NCBI GenBank assembly: GCA_951406725.2
Contig: OX597816.1
Span: forward strand, 133,610,001-133,674,000
Source of the DNA: Octopus vulgaris
Taxonomy: Eukaryota
Direction: 5' to 3'
Length of the DNA: 64,000 bases
This document shows positions 12,861-24,584 of this stretch, piece by piece; within the stretch, counting starts at the first letter, position 1; each line of letters starts with the position of its first letter. Made by a program: the position numbers and the translations under genes. Below the pieces are notes generated by a model that was not told the DNA's origin, searched no databases, and saw only the letters and a list, made by a program, of their open reading frames with translations.

Positions 12861-15219
12861 TATATATATGTGTGTGTGTGAGTATGTGTTATTGTTTCCT
12901 TGCCTTGGCATTGCATGATGGCTTTAAATGAGTGTCACCATCATGCAAGCAGTGTTTTCCATTTCCAATCTTCTGTGCAAACATGTTTGGTCATGGGGAA
13001 ACATAACCTTACTTGGAAACAGGTGACGATTGGTGACATGAAGGACATTTAGCTGTACAAAATTCACTGCAACAAATTCCATCTGAACCATGTGAGCATG
13101 AAACAGTGGGCATTAAAATGACAATGATGGTAACGAAGATGATTATAAATACATTATGTCTAAATAAAAGATAGATTGGTTATGACTTGAGCATAACTAT
13201 CCTATCTTCTTTTGGTCATAGGTCTACCAGGTTGGAAGGGAACTAGGGCTAAACTGCAACTTATCTTGTGTAAATTACATGCAATTACATGCAATTTACA
13301 ACATGGTAAGATTTCTAGTTCACAACATGGTAATATCTCAAAGGTGACATTTCTAGCTCACAGCATGTCATATCTAATTTATAACATGGTGGCAGCTTTA
13401 GTTTACATGCTGATATTTCTATCTTGTTAATCAACTGTAACAAAAAAGCAATGTCTGTTACTTCACTATCAACAGTAATCTCATTGGAAAAGAAAGATGC
13501 GGTAAATCTTCAAATAACTGAAGAACATTTCATTGAAAAAAACAACTTAAACTCAGCATGAACTGCTAGCAGGAGATGTATACCCTTTTGCTACCATATT
13601 TCTGTTGAAATAAACAAACTTTGATTCAATTAATTTTGAAAATAATAAAGAATATATGAAAATATCCTCTTCAATATTAAGCTAGTATCTAGAACAAATT
13701 AATAGGAAATTTTGATGGAAAGTTTTAAATTACATTACTAAGACAGGAAGATTGTACCATAAATCCAAGGGCAGCCTCAGGCAAGTTTGTATCAAAATAG
13801 TTAAGGAAATACATATACTGTTTTTTACTTTTTTTAACATTAGTTGTGTCTGGCTACTTTGTTATCAATGTAATAACAGTTTCAAATTTTGCCACAAGGG
13901 CAGCAATTTTGTGGGAGGGGATGAATCGATTACATCCCCCCCACTGTTCAACTAGTACTTAATTTATCAACCCTGAAAGGATGAAAGGCAAAGTTAACCT
14001 CACGCATGCAAACACCAACTCTGATGATAGATTTTAAATTTGAAAGTTCTCACAGTATAATTCTAAAAAAAATTATCTGGCAACAAGACTAAAAAGTTGT
14101 TAGTTAATTTAATTCCTAATCTATCTGTCTATCCATCCATTCATTTATTTATCTTTCCATATGTCTATCTAAATGCTTACATCTCCCACCTAAGCCATAT
14201 TGTAAACACTATTTTGACATTTTTAAATATTTTTCAATATCTTATCATTTAATAAATATCAGTTTTTTTTCACACTTCTATATATAAATTCATATCACAA
14301 ATGGTGACAGTTATTATATGATTTGCTTTGCTGGCTCTCTGGACTGAGAAGGAAATGTATTTTTCTTTTACAGTGTTCAGTATGGGTAGAGTAGGTTAAT
14401 TGTTAGGATACTTAAATAGTAGCAATGGCACATTGTGAAAGAGGAGGAGGAGAAAGATAAACTTGATTATCAAACATTGGTGTTATTTGCTTTATTCAGT
14501 TGGTTGGTTTGACAGTTTGGTAATGGGAGTGGGGAGAAATTTGATATACAGGTGGGAGTCTATAAGTATGCCTCAATTTGTTGGAGAGTCTAGGTTTGTA
14601 AATGTGTATGTGTGTGTGTGTGTGTGTGTGAATGGGTGTTATGCATGAAAGAAATTACAAAAAAATTTTAAGCAAGTTAGAAATGGTTTAGTATCTGAGG
14701 CTATGGTAGTTGTGGTAATATGAATATTAAAAAAAAAGTGAGGAAATGCAGAAAAATGAATGAAAACAAAGAAAAAAGAAGGAAAGAGAGTAATGAAAGA
14801 AAGGGTATGGAATTTGAGTGTTTCATCATCGTTTTATATTTTTTCTTACGAATTTTAATGGGAATTATGGAAATGAATTTAGTTTAAAAGAAGTGAAGAG
14901 TACCTATATAGACATACATAGTTATAAACTTTTGCAAATTAACTTCAAACCATCCTTACCAATGATATCAATAGGTCTTACATGGGACTAACAACCAGTA
15001 CCTTTAAAGACTGATATGATAAGTAACCTACTCATTCCACAAACCTAATAATATAAAAATAAAACAGATACCACCTTGTCAAATTACATCTGGTCATTAT
15101 TAAAAAAAAAATTAATAAATGAAACATCCAGATAACAATACAGTACTATATTTAAGAGATGAGCAATTATGTACATTATTTACATTTTGATGGATTTTGT
15201 CCTCATCTTGTTTGTTGTT

Positions 15220-15265
15220 AACACAATGTTTCAGCTGATATACCTTCCAGCCTTCGTCAGGTGTC
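15220..15265 (-). ncRNA. Minimal type-I hammerhead ribozyme motif (PLE-type)
   Basis: - strand: GACAC-CTGACGA-A-GGCTG-gaaggtatat-CAGCT-GAAA-CATT-GTGTT. Both core boxes intact; stem I GACAC/GTGTT, stem II GGCTG/CAGCT. Confidence 0.7.
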
Positions 15266-15364
15266 TTGGAGAAATTTTGAACCTGGGTTCTCATTCCTAA
15301 GGTATTTTTTGATGTTATTATTATTATATCTCCTTCGAGTAAAACCACCAAATATCTCCTTTGA

Positions 15365-15727
15365 GTAAAGCCACCAATAGAAGAGAATATGACCAAGAAC
15401 TGCATGTACTTCATCCCATGCAGCTGTGGTAGGTTATACAAAGGTGAAACATGCCGCCCCCTCAAAATAAGGGTAGAGGAACATCGCAAAGCTGTGACAT
15501 GAGGAGATATTGATAAATCGGGTATAGCTGATCATGTATGGAAAAATTGGACACCATCCTGTGGGATGAAGTTAAAATAATAGACAGAACACCACTGGAA
15601 AATATGAAACCTAAAAGAAGCAGCATATATGCTAGGACACAACAACCTGCTAAGCAGACCGAGTGTAGATATGAATAGCATATGGGAACTGGTATTAAGG
15701 AAGGATAGGAGAATACTAGATTTATAA
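15365..15727 (+). pseudogene. GIY-YIG endonuclease C-terminal remnant of a Penelope-like element
   Basis: VKPPIEENMTKNCMYFIPCSCGRLYKGETCRPLKIRVEEHRKAVT*GDIDKSGIADHVW/ILWDEVKIID/HWKI*NLKEAAYML..LSRPS..MNSIWELVL...*. Has the GIY..YIG-T-R-L--R--EH signature, TGA stops at probable CGA sites and two frameshifts. Confidence 0.88.
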
Positions 15728-15757
15728 GCCCTAAAATTCATTCCATAATTGCCCACA

Positions 15758-15829
15758 GGCATATGGCATAGTGGTTAAGAGCAAGGGCTACTAACCCCAA
15801 GATTCTGAGTTCGATTCCAGGCAGTGACC
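15758..15829 (+). other. tRNA-derived Pol III promoter module (pseudo-tRNA, anticodon loop CT-ACT-AA) inside the pLTR
   Basis: 72 nt; A-box TGGCATAGTGG, B-box GAGTTCGATTCC, GGG-CTACTAA-CCC arm, imperfect acceptor stem; followed by (AAT)n. Confidence 0.75.
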
Positions 15830-15895
15830 TGAATAATAATAATAATAATAATAATAACAACATTGAAAAATACCTTAGGTTCGAAATTTCCCCAA

Positions 15896-15941
15896 GACAC
15901 CTGATGAAGGCTGGAGATTATATCAGCTGAAATATTGCGTT
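15896..15941 (+). ncRNA. Minimal hammerhead ribozyme motif (PLE-type)
   Basis: GACAC-CTGATGA-A-GGCTG-gagattatat-CAGCT-GAAA-TATT-GCGTT. Confidence 0.65.
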
Positions 15942-16324
15942 AACAACAAACAAGATGAGGAGAAAATCCATCAAAATGTAGATAATGTATCCAGATAACT
16001 TCTTTTGAAAAAAGTAGTTACAATTATCTAGAAAATCATAACTTGAAATATTAAAAACAAGTATCAGAAACTGTTAACTGAAAGTTAACTAAGAGGCAAA
16101 CACTATTTGGAGAGCTTTTTTAAGTACCAGAAAACTGTAAAAATATCTATGTAATATTGATCTCAAAGCTAGCTGTCAATCAATGCATTTTGACAGTTTT
16201 TAAATAGACTAATCTATGATTTTTCCAATAACTCACCAACTTCTTCAAAAAGCTGTTATTTTGTGGAAATTTTCATGCTTTTTATTTTTCTCTCAAAATA
16301 TCATCATATATGTGAGTGCGCATA

Positions 16325-16355
<31 letters not shown>

Positions 16356-16983
16356 CACACACTTGTGTGTGTATGATGTGTGTGATGCACAGATTTACTT
16401 GCATGATTAAAATTCTATCAGGTTATAAAATAGTCATCTATTTTTGATTCTGCTATTTCAGTTTTGTAATTCTGAATGTAATTCATGCCTGCAGACATGG
16501 CTGGGAATTTAATCAAGTCTAGCAGCTAAGAGAGTAATCTATTTATTATTATGCTCTGAGTTCAAATCTCACCACAGTCCGGTCATCCTTTCAAGCCTGA
16601 TAAAATAAAATACTAATAAAGAACTAAATTGATGGCATGAACTAGCCTCCTCATTTAGAATACCCAATCCACACAGTGAAGTGGCTGATGGTAAGAAAGA
16701 CCATCAGTTATAAACATCATGTCAAAAATTAAGAATAACGAAAGTTGGCAAGTTTTCTCTGTTACTATGTGTACCAAATGAAGGTTTGTAGACAGATAGT
16801 GAGCTACACTGAAGCCCATTTAGCCTTATGGGAGAAATGGATGTAAAATGATGAAAGCTCATCATTTGTGAGTGTGTGCATGCATGCTTGTGTGTACCCT
16901 TGTCTAGACATTACACAGTGGCTGTACACACACACACAAACACACACATATATATATATATATATTTATTTATATATATCTCA

Positions 16984-17228
16984 GGCCCATTGTATTTAAT
17001 ATCGAGCAAAAATATCTTATGGATGTATATAGAATGGGTGTAGATGTTTTCAAGAAACACTTTGAATTTTTGTCGGGCAAGATACCCCATAAACCCACAT
17101 AATGTCAAGAAGCTGAAACAGGGGCAGCAATATGAAAATCCCTTATAGGAACCCAACCAGAGAGGGATGGCTACTGAAAAGATGCCCTGTCACGACCACA
17201 ACATTTAGCCTGAGACACATAACAGAAT
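16984..17228 (+). mobile_element. LINE (CR1/L2-like) ORF2 C-terminus and 3'UTR fragment
   Basis: GP..FN...KYLMDVYRMGVDVFKKHFEFLSGKIPHKP resembles the 'GP.LFN.LP..LR...VD.FK..LD.FL..IPD.P' end of LINE ORF2. Confidence 0.5.
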
Positions 17229-17619
17229 ATATATACAATCCATCCCTAACTATTCCTACCTAATGGCTTAAACATTCTGTATTAAAACTGAGAAAAACAG
17301 AGTTTATTTAATGAGATACCAATTATAATATCACTGGAGGAGATGTATCTGCACCAAGGGATGCACCACAACCAGTTGTATAGTATCCCACCCATGTGGG
17401 ATTAATGCAGGATGTGTCGAAACAATTGTTATGAGCAATAAAAATACCTGCGTCTGCTATTTTCCATCTCCATCATTTGTTGTATACTCGGCATACTCTA
17501 AGGAATTTCTGATGTATCAACACTGTGGATGATATAAGGTAGCCATAGGCAGTGAGCATGCTTCATTGGCTTTCTACTTAGAACATATCGAACATTCAAT
17601 ATATGCATTACAAATTCAT

Positions 17620-18545
17620 ATATACACACACATATGCATATACACACACATATGCATATATACACACCCATGTATGTAAACACACACATATGCATACATA
17701 TGTATGTGTGTGAGTGTGTATATGGGCATTCAGCTGTAGAAACACAGCTAGATTAGACTGGAACCTGGTGCAGCCTTCTGGCTTCCCAGACCCTGGTCGA
17801 ACCATCCAACCCATGGTAGCATGGAAAACGGACATTAAATGATGTTGATGATATATATATACACACACATGCATATATATGTATACATAAACAAATATGC
17901 AAACATGTATATATACACATATGTATACATATACACACACATGCATACATCTGTATATACACACATACATATGCAGGCATATATATATACACACATATGC
18001 ATACATGTTTATACATGCATATTCATACATATGTATAAACATGCATGTGCATACATATGTATATACACACACATATGCATACATGTGTATATATACACAT
18101 ACACATGGATACATGTGTATATATACACATACATATGTATATATACACACACATATGCATACATATGTATATATACACACATACATATGCATACATATGT
18201 ATATATACACACATATGCATACATACATACATATACACACACATATGCATACATACATACATATACACATACATATGCATACATACATACATATACACAC
18301 ACATATGGATACATGTGTATATATACACACACATATGGATACATGTGTATATATACACATACATATGCATACATATGTATATATACACACACATATGCAT
18401 ACATATGTATATATACACACACACATATGCATACATATGTATATATACACACATATGCATACATACATACATATACACACATATGCATACATACATACAT
18501 ATACACACACATATGCATACATACATACATATACACACACATATG

Positions 18546-18628
<83 letters not shown>

Positions 18629-18630
18629 AC
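17620..18630. repeat. Compound micro/minisatellite (ACAC/ATAT/GCAT units of about 28-30 bp, then (TA)n and (GA)n) with an embedded RTE 3' tail at 17728-17850
   Basis: Unit such as acatatgcatacatatgtatatatacacac is repeated. This explains all long low-complexity ORFs here. Confidence 0.95.
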
Positions 18631-19330
18631 AGAGAGGGAGAGAGAGATTAAAGTGTTCATATATGTGTGGGTGTAAGCATGCCATTCACAATATTTGCTT
18701 TTCACTCAAGTTGTCAGTTTATGAAAATAGTTTATATTTAAAAACACAACAAAACAAAAAAAAAAGTCCTTTTTTAATGGAAATTGAAACAGAAAGAAAG
18801 TAAAAAATAGAAATGCTCAAGGGAAAGTTGCCAAATTTATAGTGTTACAAGTGGAAATTTGTTGAAACTGGCAGGAAACCAGAATAGTTATAAGACGGAT
18901 TTGAAGATTATTTAAGAGGGCATCATTCCAGGAAAAGACAGATAAGAGAATAGTGTGTGACCCAATGCACTATGGTAAGGAAGTATTTTGGGAAAATTGA
19001 TAATAAAAGTTAACAATATTTAAACTGCTGTGAAGCAACTGGATGTGAGCTATTTTACCAAAATATATATTGGAAGTACTGTTGATAAGATTGGTAAGGA
19101 AGAGTGGAGTTGGAAGAAGAGAAATGAAACTGAATGAAGTGAAAGATAGAATAGAGCTAGTAAAGTTTAGAATTGTTAACTTCATTCATACATTGAAAAT
19201 AGCATTTCCAGTCTAGAGCTTATTTTAAAATGTGTATGTGTGTTTGTAAATAGAAATAAAGAGTAAGACGTTTTGCATACAATGATAATACAACTTAAGC
19301 TTATATTTTTATAGATATATAAATAAAAAG

Positions 19331-19570
19331 GACAGGTGTGGTTGTGTGGTAAGAAGCTTGCTTCCCAACCACATGATTCCAGATTCAGTCCCACTGCGTG
19401 GCACCTTGGGTAAGTGTTTTCTACTATAGCCTTGGGCCAACCAAAGCCTTGTGAGTAGATTTGGTAGGCAGAAACTGAAAGAAGATTATTGTGTGTATAT
19501 ATCTATGTATGTTTTTGTGTCTGTGTTTGTACCCAACCACCACTTGACAACTGGTGTTGGTATGTTTACA
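19331..19570 (+). mobile_element. tRNA-SINE 5' half
   Basis: caggtgtggttgtgtggtaagaagcttgcttcccaaccacatg...ttcagtcccactgcgtggcaccttggg. Confidence 0.85.
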
Positions 19571-19571
19571 A

Positions 19572-19890
19572 ATCAACCCCAGGACTTATTCTTTGTAAGC
19601 CTAGTACTTATTCTGTTGGTCTCTATTGCCATACCACTAAGTTATGGGGACATAGGCACACCAACATTGGTTGTCAAGTGAAGGTGTGGGGGTAACAGAC
19701 ATACAAACATATACATATATATATATGACAGGCTTCTTTCAGTTTCCATCTACCAAATCCACTCACAGGGCTTTGGTTGGCCCAAGGCTATAGCAGAAGA
19801 CACTTGCCAAGGTGCCACGCAGTGGGACTGAACCCAGAGCCATGTGATTGGTAAGCAAGCTACTTACCACACAGCCACTCCTGTGCCTAT
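19572..19890 (-). mobile_element. tRNA-SINE, inverted relative to the adjacent copy
   Basis: Closely similar to 9340-9655; head at 19890. Confidence 0.85.
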
Positions 19891-19946
19891 ATATATGTGT
19901 GTGTGTGTGTGCGCGCCTATATATATGTGTGTGTGTGTGTGTGTAT

Positions 19947-19984
<38 letters not shown>

Positions 19985-20506
19985 CATACATATATGTGGT
20001 GAGTGTGTTTATATTTTTGCATGTGTAATAAAGAGAGAGAATATGAAGGTTTCTGACAGAAAATGATTCAGTGAGTATATAAAAGCATTTTTAGTTGCTT
20101 GTATGAAAGGAAGAGAAAAGAAGGAATCAAAGAAGCAACTGTAATCATAAGCAGCTCCAGACATGAAGGACTGGATCCACAGACTGTAGAAGGATTCTAG
20201 AAGGAACTGATAGGTTAGAGGAATGGTTAGGCTGTTATCAAATTTCTTAGATCTCTGAGTTACATTTTAAGGAGGGGTAGGGGAGCAATTATCAAGTAGG
20301 GAAGAGGATTTCCTTAAAGAAGTACTTTCAACTGGAATGGTATTAGTGTTGAGAAGCAAGCTGGGTTTTTAAGGGCTTTCATGTTGCGTCGAAAACAGGC
20401 TGGATAGTGATGAGTACATGTAGTAATGCTGATGTGTGTGTGTGTATGTGTGTGAAAGTCAACAAAAACAGGTAAGGAATTACTTTTGCATAAAGTGGTT
20501 ATACTT

Positions 20507-20738
20507 ATTTCTTTATTACCCACAAGGGGCTAAACACAGAGGGGACAAACAAGGACAGACATAGGTATTAAGTCGATTACATCGACCCCAGTGCGTAACT
20601 GGTACTTAATTTATCGACCCCGAAAGGATGAAAGGCAAAGTCGACCTCGGCGGAATTTGAACTCACAACGTAACGGCAGCCGAAATACCGCTAAGCATTT
20701 CGCCCGACGTGCTAACGATTCTGCCAGCTCGCCGCCTT
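20507..20738 (-). mobile_element. Young full-length tRNA-SINE with Nin-type central domain, 9-bp TSD
   Basis: Head ggcggcgagctggcagaatcg...gagttcaaattcc; core gtcgactttgcctttcatcctttcggggtcgataaattaagtaccag; CpGs retained. TSD GTTATACTT at 20498-20506 and 20739-20747. Decayed relatives at about 5640-5790, 13880-14000, 29180-29390, 37545-37670, 38015-38115 and 58470-58670. Confidence 0.9.
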
Positions 20739-22051
20739 GTTATACTTGTAGATTGCTTTAACAAACATTATGAAACAAGCCTTACTAGTCTACTCAGTCC
20801 TTAACCTAGTCCTATGCTACTTATAGGAGACTGGCTTTTTTGATGAGGTTCAATGCATATGATTAATTAATTAAGTATCTAGAAGACATTCATGGATGCA
20901 ACTGGTATGCGGCAACTATTTACTATAATATTCATTCATTCATCTCTGAAGAAATTTCACTACAAAAAGAAACAAAAGGAATGAAGGGGGAAAAAAGGAG
21001 AAAGAAAGAATGAATGAATGAAAGAAAGTTAGCTTTCTGCATGCTAGGGGAAAATGTTTTGTCAATGGAATTCAACCTGAAAATTTTATCACAGGTCAGT
21101 TCAGTCAGAGATAATGTGAGTTAAACAATAATAGGAAGAATTTGAACAAATGAAGACACCTCTACAGGATTCTTCCATCCTTTAGAAATAATGGCCAAAT
21201 TTCCTTTACATTACACTGTTCTCTTAAAAAAAGAAAAGGCACATTGAATCATGTAGTTCTCAATACAATACATCTGAAACATAGATGTAATGGTTATATG
21301 ACTGTCTTTGATCTTAAGTCTGATGGATAGCAGTAAACCAGCAGCTAAACAGCTGTAATAACAAATGGAATTCATCATCATCAACATTTTAAAAATCCTG
21401 AGGTCAACTTTATCTTTTATCTTTTCATCAATAAAAAAAAAAGTACCAATTCAGATAGGTTGGTTAGCAGAACAATAAGAAGATCAGATCAAGTGCATTA
21501 TGGTATTTGATCCAGTTCAATGTTCTGAGTTCAAATCTTGCCAGAGACTACTTTAGTGCTAGACTTAATCCATTGGCCTTTTTCACATCAACACATGGGC
21601 AGGTCTCCAATTTGCAGATACCCTCCTCCCTGCCTCACTTCCACCAATCCCAGAAGGGCCCTGTAAAAAAGCCAGAGGTACTGCATTCCATCTGAACTGA
21701 AAGAAAACAAAACAACAACAAAAAGACACCATTTTATCCCCATCCCCACTTCCCCAGTATCAGACAAGGAAATTCAGTTTGGGTTTGTAAGTTCCATATG
21801 CAACTGATTTCCGTGCCATTTCCATCAACCAAATTCTACACACAAAGTACTCTTTCAACTTGAGACTATGACAGAAAATGCTTGCCCAAGGTGCTGCACA
21901 GAATGGGATCAAACCTGAAATCACATGGTTGTGAAGCGACCTTAACTACACAAACCATACCTGCAACGTTTGATTTCGGTTGACCTTGAGCTAAACAATA
22001 ACAACAGAGACATTATCTTATGCAAAGATCTCATCCCAGAAATGCAAAATA

Positions 22052-22392
22052 GAAGGCACATGGTTCAATGGTTAGAGTGTTGGGCTCACAATCATGAGGT
22101 AGTGAGTTTGATTCCCAGACTGGGATGTGTTGTGTACTTGAGCAAGACACTTTATTTCATGTTGCTCCAGTTCACTCATCTATAGAAATGAGTAGTAACA
22201 TCACCGGTGCCAAGCAGTATCGCTTTTTGCTTTTCACTTGGACAACATCAGTGGTGTGGAGAGGGGAGGCTGGTACGCAAGTGCAACTGCTGGTCTTCCA
22301 TAAACAACCCTGCCCTGACTTGTGCCTTGGAGGGGATCTTTCTAGGTGCAATCCCACAGTCATTCATGACTGAAGGGGGTCTTTACTTCTTT
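22052..22392 (+). mobile_element. tRNA-derived SINE of a third family
   Basis: A-box tggttcaatgg, B-box gagtttgattcc, cttgagcaagacacttt core, tail ending gggggtctttacttcttt. Confidence 0.75.
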
Positions 22393-23099
22393 AATGTAAA
22401 ATGATAAAACTCAATTGTTACAGCATATCATCATTGTTTACAACAGTATTTTTGTCATCACTGTCATTGCGTTAGCATCTACTTTTCCATTTTTGCATGA
22501 GTCAAAGTTTACTGAGGTAGATGTTCTATTGCCAGATGCCTTTCATGTCACTAGCCCCCATGTTTCCAAGCAACGTAATATTTCCCCATCACCAGATGTG
22601 TTTTCATAGAATACTGGAAATGAATGACAGTGACAACTAATTACAACTATCATGTAATGTCAGGACAAGGAGACACAAACATACAAATACTCATTTGTAC
22701 AAATAAACATAATGAGTTTCTTTCAGTTTCCATCTATCAAATTCAATCACAAGGCTTTGACCAACCGGGGGGCTATAGTAGAAGACACTTGCTCAAAGTG
22801 TCATGCACGAAGACTGAACCTGAAACAATGTGCTTAGGAAGCAAACTTCTTCACCACACAGCCACGCCTGCAACTATAACATTTTAAATAAGTTATGTGG
22901 TGAACAGACGCCCTCTATTATCATGGTTAGAACTGAGTCTTTGTCTTAGGTACATACAATATAGAACATATGATTGAGTCCTGGATTAAATTGCCTTACA
23001 ATAGTTACTTACACTCCTCTCCCTTCTGATTTCAATGGTGTTGACAGATTAAATACCAGTCATATACTTGAGTTCATTCAGTCAACTAGAAATGTGAAA

Positions 23100-24213
23100 C
23101 CTTGAGCCAATATGAGAAATCAGTTGGCTACTGCTATCTCTAGCAGTTGAGAGTTCATCACTGATGGGACCAAGGAAGATCGAAATAATATCTAGTGATC
23201 TTGGTGCTGGAGGTTGAGGGTTTATCTCCCCACTGGCTATATAAACAAGAATGCCTTTTGCACCAAGAGCCAATATGAGTTTCTCTCATGGTATCTACTG
23301 CAATATAGTTCACTCTAACAGAAGATCCATGTTTAAGTGGGGATAAATATTACCACTTGGTATTAATACTGCCTTTGTTGCTAATATATATGTTTTAACA
23401 TGCTCCTGTTCTGGTACTGTTTTTCTATATATCACTGGTGGAGAGATGAGTTGTTGCTACCTCTGGCGGTTGAATGTCCATCAGTGATGTGATCAATGAA
23501 GGTCAAAATCATATGATCTGGTGGTCTCAGCACCAGAGATAGCAGTGATTTATCTCTCTGTTAACAATATAAAAAAAAGTACGTTTTGCACCAAAAGCCA
23601 ATATGAGATTTTCTCTCCGGGTATCTACTGTAGTATAGTTTACATTATTTACATTTGACAGATATTTATCCTCATCTTGTTTTGGCTGATATACCCTCCA
23701 GCCTTCATCCGGTGTCTTGGAGAAATTCGAACCTGGGTTCTCATTCCTAAGGTATTTTTCGATGTTATTATTATTATTCAGGTCACTGCCTGGAATATAA
23801 CTCGGAATCTTGGAGTTAGTAGCCTATGCTCTTAACCACTACGCCACGGGCATATGGCATAGTGGTTAAGAGTGCGGGCTACTAACCCCAATATTCTGAG
23901 TTCGATTCCAGGCAGTGACTTGAACAGCAACAACAACAGCAGCAGCAGCAGCTGAAAATTACCTTAGGAATGAGAATCCAGGTTCGAAATTTCCCCCAAG
24001 ATACCTGATGAAGGCTGGAGAGTATATCAGCCAAAATGTTGTGTTAACAACAAATAAGACGAGGACAAATATCCGTCAAATGTAAATAATGTACATAATT
24101 CCTTATCTCTTAAATATAGAACTGTAGTATAGTTTATTCAAGAAGAACATCTATGTTTAAGTGAGGATAAATATTACCTCTCAGTATTATATCTGCTTCT
24201 GTCGCTAATATAT
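23100..24213. repeat. Old tandem direct duplication of about 300 bp (copy 1 about 23100-23390; copy 2 about 23460-24213, interrupted by the palindromic insertion)
   Basis: ttttgcaccaagagccaatatgag..ggtatctactgcaatatagtt|cactctaac..atgtttaagtggggataaatattacc aligns with ttttgcaccaaaagccaatatgag..ggtatctactgtagtatagttta[insert]ttcaag..atgtttaagtgaggataaatattacc. Confidence 0.85.
23643..24120. mobile_element. Non-coding palindromic (head-to-head) tRNA-hammerhead pLTR insertion with 16-bp TSD
   Basis: Arms 23643-23846 (-) and 23849-24120 (+) are each homologous to 15758-15988. TSD ACTGTAGTATAGTTTA at 23627-23642 and 24121-24136. Pseudo-tRNA 23849-23920; hammerhead core CTGATGA at 24005 with GAAA mutated to AAAA. 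Confidence 0.9.
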
Positions 24214-24551
24214 ACTATTATATTTGTTAAGGAGTTAAACTAAGACACAGATATATTTGCTTCTAAAAAAACAAAAAGGTACAAAAGCAAAAATAACAAG
24301 AAAACAGTTGACAATCAGACATTTTCCCATTGGCATTACAATCAATAATCTTTTTAAATCATTAACATGCAGATGTGGTTGTGTGGCTAAGAAGCTTGCT
24401 CCCCAACCATGTGGTCTTTAGTTCAGTTCCACTGCATAGCTTCAGGTTGACCAAAGCCTTATGAGTGAATTTGGTAGACAGAAACTGAAAGAAGCCCATG
24501 GTATACATACATATATACACACACCACACAGATGTGTGTGTGTGTGTGTGT

Positions 24552-24584
<33 letters not shown>

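Larger units (their letters stand above)
15137..15988 (+). mobile_element. Penelope-like retroelement, 5'-truncated, with inverted pLTR copy and 11-bp TSD
   Basis: TSD ATCCAGATAAC at 15126-15136 and 15989-15999. Inverted pLTR about 15140-15326, GIY-YIG remnant 15365-15727, direct pLTR 15758-15988. Confidence 0.9.

Noticed and set aside
15758-15829. Functional tRNA-Ser(ACT) gene
   Set aside because: Mismatched acceptor and anticodon stems, no long variable arm, no oligo-T terminator, divergent copies, and embedded in a mobile element.
17498-18705. Long ORFs of up to 365 aa on both strands
   Set aside because: Translations of (AC/AT/GCAT) satellite that lack stops by composition; only C/V/Y/I/M or H/T/Y/I residues.
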